A stretch of DNA of 64,000 nt from Chlorokybus atmophyticus (Eukaryota > Plantae > Mesostigma and Chlorokybus algae). Shown here piece by piece: positions 58,955-64,000 of the stretch (position 1 is its first letter; every line of letters begins with the position of its first letter). Both the position numbers and the translations under genes were made by a program. The notes beneath the pieces are model-generated. The model did not search any database. It was not told where the DNA came from and saw only the letters and a list, made by a program, of their open reading frames with translations. The DNA lies in NCBI GenBank assembly GCA_009103225.1, contig RHPI01002090.1, forward strand, positions 60,625-124,624, read 5' to 3'.

Positions 58955-61900
58955 CTACAGTACAGCTGCCTTTTTGGGCAACTTCATCTGATAGTACGGG
59001 TCTGTACTGCTGTCGTCGGGCACAGGAGCTGTTCTCGAGTGCGTTTCTATGTCTACGTGAGTGATGCCAGGCACCAGGCGCTGTATCTCACGCTCCAGCC
59101 TATCCACCTCATCGCCAAGGGCGGTCACCATCGCCTCACCTGTACATAACCCCTTGATCCATCCTGCAATGGCTTACAAAACTCAACTACCTCCTGCATC
59201 CTGCTTACCATACTCCTTGACAAGTCTTTCCAGAGCCGCATCGTCTTTGGCGGCTGTTGCATCGCGCATCTGCATACGCGAGTAATAATTTTGTGCCTCG
59301 TCGCAATGCTGATGAAGCAGCTGCGCGACTACCAGTGCAAGACCCACCTTTGAGTACATTCGGTGCTTGCCAGTTCTTTGCAGGTAGTTTTGCACAACCG
59401 CGGTGCCACTGAAGTCTGCAACAACATCAACAACATGACAATCAGCAAACACGTTTTACCGATGATGCTTCTGGCATACTACTTCACATGCCATGCTTGC
59501 ATGCACCTATCTCCGCCTTGAACCGATACTCTCCAGGCCCGATGATCTCACTCTTGGTATCATACACAGCATGCACCACCTGCCAGAACGTCGCAGTATC
59601 ATGACCATGGCGGTGACAACGCGCTGAACAAAGGTGCAGTCAACTACAGGCGCAAACATGCAACAGTGCAGCGACGAGTACCGGGTCAGCATGCAGGAAA
59701 GCCAAAACCCGCTCCACATCTTTCACATCCATAGACATCCCAAGCAAAGCCGAGCTATTGCGCTGTATCAGGAAAGTTGCCACCTGTAAAGCAATGAGTG
59801 AGCCTCTGCCACGTGCAGAATAACCTGCAGAGGTCCTAAGAGGTCTGTATGACAAGCAGTACACACTTTGCTACACACTTTACCCCAGCTAGGAGAGTGC
59901 CAACCATGATTGAGCCGGCAGGATCCCATATGGGATTTCCCGTCATGTGCACGGCCGTCAAACAGGCGGCAGCAACGCCAAGACCCAAAACTGCTGCACT
60001 GTCCTGTGCAACCATCACATAGTTCAATCGCAAACAGCACACAAAGCACTGCCCAACGATCCAACGCCAGACTGCAGCTTGGCAAAGTGCCAACAATTAC
60101 TGCAGGCAAGCAACAGATGTTGCACCCTGCAGACCCATGCAACAGTGGCTGCAATCTACAATCAACGGGGCAGCAAAGCCACCATGCGTTCTTTTTACAC
60201 ATGAGTTCTCACCTCCATTAGCACAGCAACGGCCATCGGGTCGCGCGACGTCCGCAGAAACTGCAATAGCGTCATCTTCTCAGCGGCAGCGCCAGCTTGC
60301 ACGGCTTGCAGCCCAACTCGCAATGAGTAACCTGCGTAGCAACGTAATACAGTCTGACAACCAGTTGACAGGTCGAGTGGATTTATGCGATGTCAATACA
60401 CGAATTGCACCTTCGACAACCGCGGATGCGCCGAGCACTCCAAACAACATCACCATGTTTTCAAGTGGCTGAGTATAACTATGGATTAGTTGCATAAACC
60501 GACAACTTCAGGAGAGAAGAAAAATACCGAGCGGTACTTGTAATGACATAAATACAAGCACAAACCGTGTACCTCTGGTTCAAACAAGCCATGGATGCCG
60601 TGCACAATGGAGACGCCTGAGCCCAGGCAGAAAATGCCAACAGCTGAGATCAAGGACCATATAAACCTTTCTCTGCTGTAACCATACCTGCCAGCAACAA
60701 CAAGGCTCAAGTCAGTCATGTTACGCACCTAGTAACGACCAGACATGTTGACGTGGTTGCTAAAGCAGATGTTTAGGCTATGACTTACGGATGCCTGCGG
60801 TCCGGTTTCCTGCGCGAGCGATGGATGCCAACAGCCAGCAAACACTGCAGGAATGGCAAAATGCTGCTCAGTACAGTTGCTTTTCAACTCCCAATGTTTG
60901 TATTAGTTGATAAGCGTAACAGCTGCTGTGAGAAACATTTCCAGTGTGCTGCAATGTTAGCTTAGCATGTACCTGGTTGGCCAAATCCGCAAAAGAATGT
61001 ACACTCTCTGCCAGCATTACGCTGCTGGAGGAGAAACAATATACAAGGAGCTTGCCAAAGAAGATGACGGCGTTTGCGGCAACTGCTGTGTAGACAGCTT
61101 TTTCACTGCGAGTAATACGCACAGGGGCGTGACTATACATGCCCACAAACACTCAACAACGGGCATGAAAAACCTACTCTTGCCAAACCTACTGCTTCTG
61201 CGGGTATGGCTCACAGCAACAAAACCATGTGATTCATAAACTCCACGTCATGCGTGCAAATTTCATGGGATGCTGCATGCTACAAGTTCTACTGATCTGA
61301 TGGAGAACATCACTCACGACAACCAGCTTGCATCCTCACCTATGGTCTATGGCGGCCTGACGATGCAATCGCGCCTGAAGCGCACTGAGGGTGGGAGCTG
61401 CACGGCACAGCGACACTGTCACCAGCAAAACACATAAATCACCAGTAGCATAGGCACTGCCCATGAGCTTCTACAAGGTATGATGCTGTAATTGCCCTCG
61501 TCGTTGATTCTGACAGTGCGCCACTGGGCTTTTCGAAGTTCCCACTTTGCAATGCTTGGGAAAGTCAAAACTAAGTGTGCACGTTCTAGTTACATGCAAG
61601 GGGGAACTTATCCTCCAAGGGTCCGGCCACTGCTATTGAATGTCTTTGCTCAGTAGCAGTGGCCATTAGGCAAAAACAGTACGGGACTGGTGGTATGGCC
61701 AATGTTGCACACAGGTCTCAGCAGACGAGTCCTTGCTCAACGCCTACCATCGTTACATCACATGAATCTGCTACGGAAGATTTGGCATAGCATTGGCTTC
61801 AAATTGGCTTTAAGAGTAACAACCACCTGGCCAGCATGTGTAAAGGTAGACATTGAAAAGCAATGTTATGTAAAACGTCACTGTCACAATTTTCAATGCT

Positions 61901-62614
61901 AAGCACTGCTAGTTGCAACAGCAAGCACCACATTCACCTTCAAAGCCATACAGACAGCCAAGTGGTACTGAAGAGGCACGTGGGCAAACTGCATGCAGCT
62001 GGGGACTTTGCAAACCCGCGGAAGTTCGCTGATAAGTGTGACATGGGTTGAAACAGCGAGCATAGGGTGAGCATGCTCAACCCAAAACAATGAATCCAAA
62101 CAACAGGAGGAAACCAAAGCAAACACGTACGCACGAGTGGTTCCCCTGCAGCAACCTCCTCCCAGCGCCTCTTCCAGCGCAGAAACATGCTCATGCCCCT
62201 CGCCTGCGGTCCAGCGGAAAAATGCTGCTGCTGCTGCTGCTGCTGTGGCAGCAACCTCCCCACTCCACCAACAGGAGCGGCTCCAGCAGATAACCTCCGG
62301 TTAAACACGCCGCCTGGTCTGCTGTGCGGCTCGGGCAGCGTACTATACACATTGCGCAAGCCATATGCGTGCTGCGTCTCCTTGTCTGCGTCCGCCTTCT
62401 CCCTGTCCTTCTGCTCGTTTGCTGCCAAGCTGTGCCACCCCACCGGCGGCGTCCACCAAGGTGGGGAAGTCGAGGAGTCTGTGGAGCTGAGGTGGGGCAG
62501 CAGACGTAAGGACGAGGAGGACAAGGAGGAGGAGGAGCAGGAACAACCGACAACAGTGACCAGGTGTCTCCTCCTACCAGCTGTCGCAGCTGCTGCTGCA
62601 GCCGCTCGCCACAT
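58955..62614 (-). CDS. MTP7: Cation diffusion facilitator, SLC30A9/ZnT9 (plant MTP7) subfamily, with probable organellar presequence
   Basis: AVYTAVAANAVIFFGK, SSSSVMLAESVHSFADLANQ, YGYSRERFIWSLISAVGIFCLGSGVSIVHGI, QDSAAVLGLGVAA, TGNPIWDPAGSIMVGTLL, FLIQRNSSALLGMSM, LGDEVDRLEREIQRLVPGITHVDIE. Confidence 0.85.
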
Positions 62615-63436
62615 CACCGCTGCATTGCCCGCATGGACGGGAATGTGCGGCAGAATGTGGGCATCTCTGTTCCCTGTGCACCGTTGCCCTCGTTGTAAGA
62701 ACCACGCCTGTGCGTGCACCTCGCTTGACACTGTTGATGTGCAGATTCTAAACTTCTAAACTTCAGTCTCATCGTGAATCTCACGCGAGAATCTTACGCT
62801 CTGGGGCCTGAGAGTGTAGGCCTACTTAATAAAATATAGACTATATTTCTATAGTCCTGGGTAGTCGACTTTTGCTGCTATGCTATAACCTAGGTTGGCC
62901 TCGTGTTAATCATTGGTTACTACCCACCAGTTATATGTTGTTAGTGTAACCCACCGCACCGTAACATGTTGTATCGCTGAGGATAGCGGACTATGGTCGT
63001 GTGGATGTGTTGTGACATCAAAAAGTTAACATGGCACCGCTTTAAAACATGGATGATGAAGCACACGTTACTCTCTCGCACATTGCCAATATACGAGCAC
63101 ACGGTCAACAAGCATGCAACAAAGCAACAACACATCATCGTATTCAGCCAGCAATCGCATCAATCAGCCAATAGCATTATGCATGCGGACTAACCACAAC
63201 CGCTGTGACAAGTATCAAACACATGTGTAAGCAAGCAAACCCAAGTCTAATTGCTTTCGTGTAATATCTACTTGCCAGGCTTCTTCATTATATAGTTGAT
63301 GTCTCACTTGCATCTGCCATGTAATCGTTGTATATAATTTGATTGTATGCATCAATTAAATAATGATAGCTACAGCCTTTGCGGAGGTGTAGGTTACACC
63401 ATGTTTCCGTATCAACTATGCAATCAACCTACACTA

Positions 63437-63482
63437 TATACCCCGTTGCTAACGGGGTATACCCCGTTGCTAACGGGGTATA
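63437..63482. repeat. Two tandem 21-bp palindromic units
   Basis: (TATACCCCGTTGCTAACGGGG)x2 + TATA; each unit forms an 11-bp stem with a GCT loop. Confidence 0.9.
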
Positions 63483-63816
63483 CATGCTGCACGTATGTTG
63501 GCGTCAAAGTTTCGACTCAAAGGTGTATGATAAATGAATTAAGCATTATTAACATGTGGGACGCGCTTGCTTCGGCCCCACCAAGCGAGGCCCACTTGCA
63601 TGTGTGCAATAGCACCTCATGAACCTGCACGAGGTTTACACATAATGCTGCATCCAAAGGTCAGTCAACTTGCAGCGCAGCTGCTTCCGACCGCATTGCC
63701 CGCCACGTCACCTCTCAACGCTGGAGCAACAGCGACAGGCCAGGTCACATGCTGCGCAGCGCTGCTTCTACGGCGGCGGCGGCAGCTGTGCGCGTTGTTG
63801 TAGGCCTACGCGTTGC

Positions 63817-64000
63817 TCACTCCCGCCAACACTCCTTGACAATCTCGCTCATCAGCCGCAGCATGGCGTCGACGGCGGCGCCCAGCGCGCCTAGCACCGT
63901 GACGGCGCCGAACAGCAGCCCGAAAGCGCCGTGGCGGGAGGAGTTCGACAGGGCGCAGAAGAGGAATGGGAGGAACCCGTTGGCCAAGTGGCCACAGCTG
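63817..64000 (-). CDS. 3' end of a membrane protein (possibly MFS-like), continuing beyond the window
   Basis: Open GC-rich frame HLANGFLPFLFCALSNSSRHGAFGLLFGAVTVLGALGAAVDAMLRLMSEIVKECWRE* with hydrophobic segments. Confidence 0.5.
   Translation of the reverse strand, partial: SCGHLANGFLPFLFCALSNSSRHGAFGLLFGAVTVLGALGAAVDAMLRLMSEIVKECWRE

Overview
Eukaryotic nuclear DNA from a GC-rich, intron-rich green-lineage organism. Plant-type AP2 domains, a CRY-DASH with transit peptide, a plant-like tRNA-Lys and radial spoke protein 3 together point to a flagellated green or streptophyte alga. There are two N gaps. Protein genes were assembled by eye from GT-AG exons: a secreted LamG/IPT protein (runs off the left edge), ER cyclophilin, RSP3, an intronless F-box-like protein, organellar CysRS, MMAB/PduO cobalamin adenosyltransferase, WRAP53/TCAB1, a double-AP2 transcription factor, CRY-DASH, a CCDC66/CSPP1-like coiled-coil protein, an SLC30A9/MTP7 cation-efflux protein and the 3' end of a membrane protein. 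The ORF track misses the most interesting structure: (1) a three-LTR tandem TRIM retroelement (6259-7374) with a 5-bp TSD, identical outer LTRs, a divergent middle LTR, and a tRNA-like Pol III A-box/B-box split across the LTR-PBS junction; (2) an intronic snoRNA cluster (about 55.5-57.6 kb) with two identical U14 copies, three more C/D guides and an H/ACA RNA in an apparently non-coding spliced host; (3) an inverted duplication with arms of about 3.5 kb, showing reciprocal pseudogenisation of RSP3 and the F-box gene; (4) an AP2 gene built by internal duplication of a whole module; (5) a nest of TA-flanked MITEs and several perfect hairpins, one of them pre-miRNA-like. All rRNA/tRNA complementarities were matched by eye to recalled conserved sequences and need computational confirmation.
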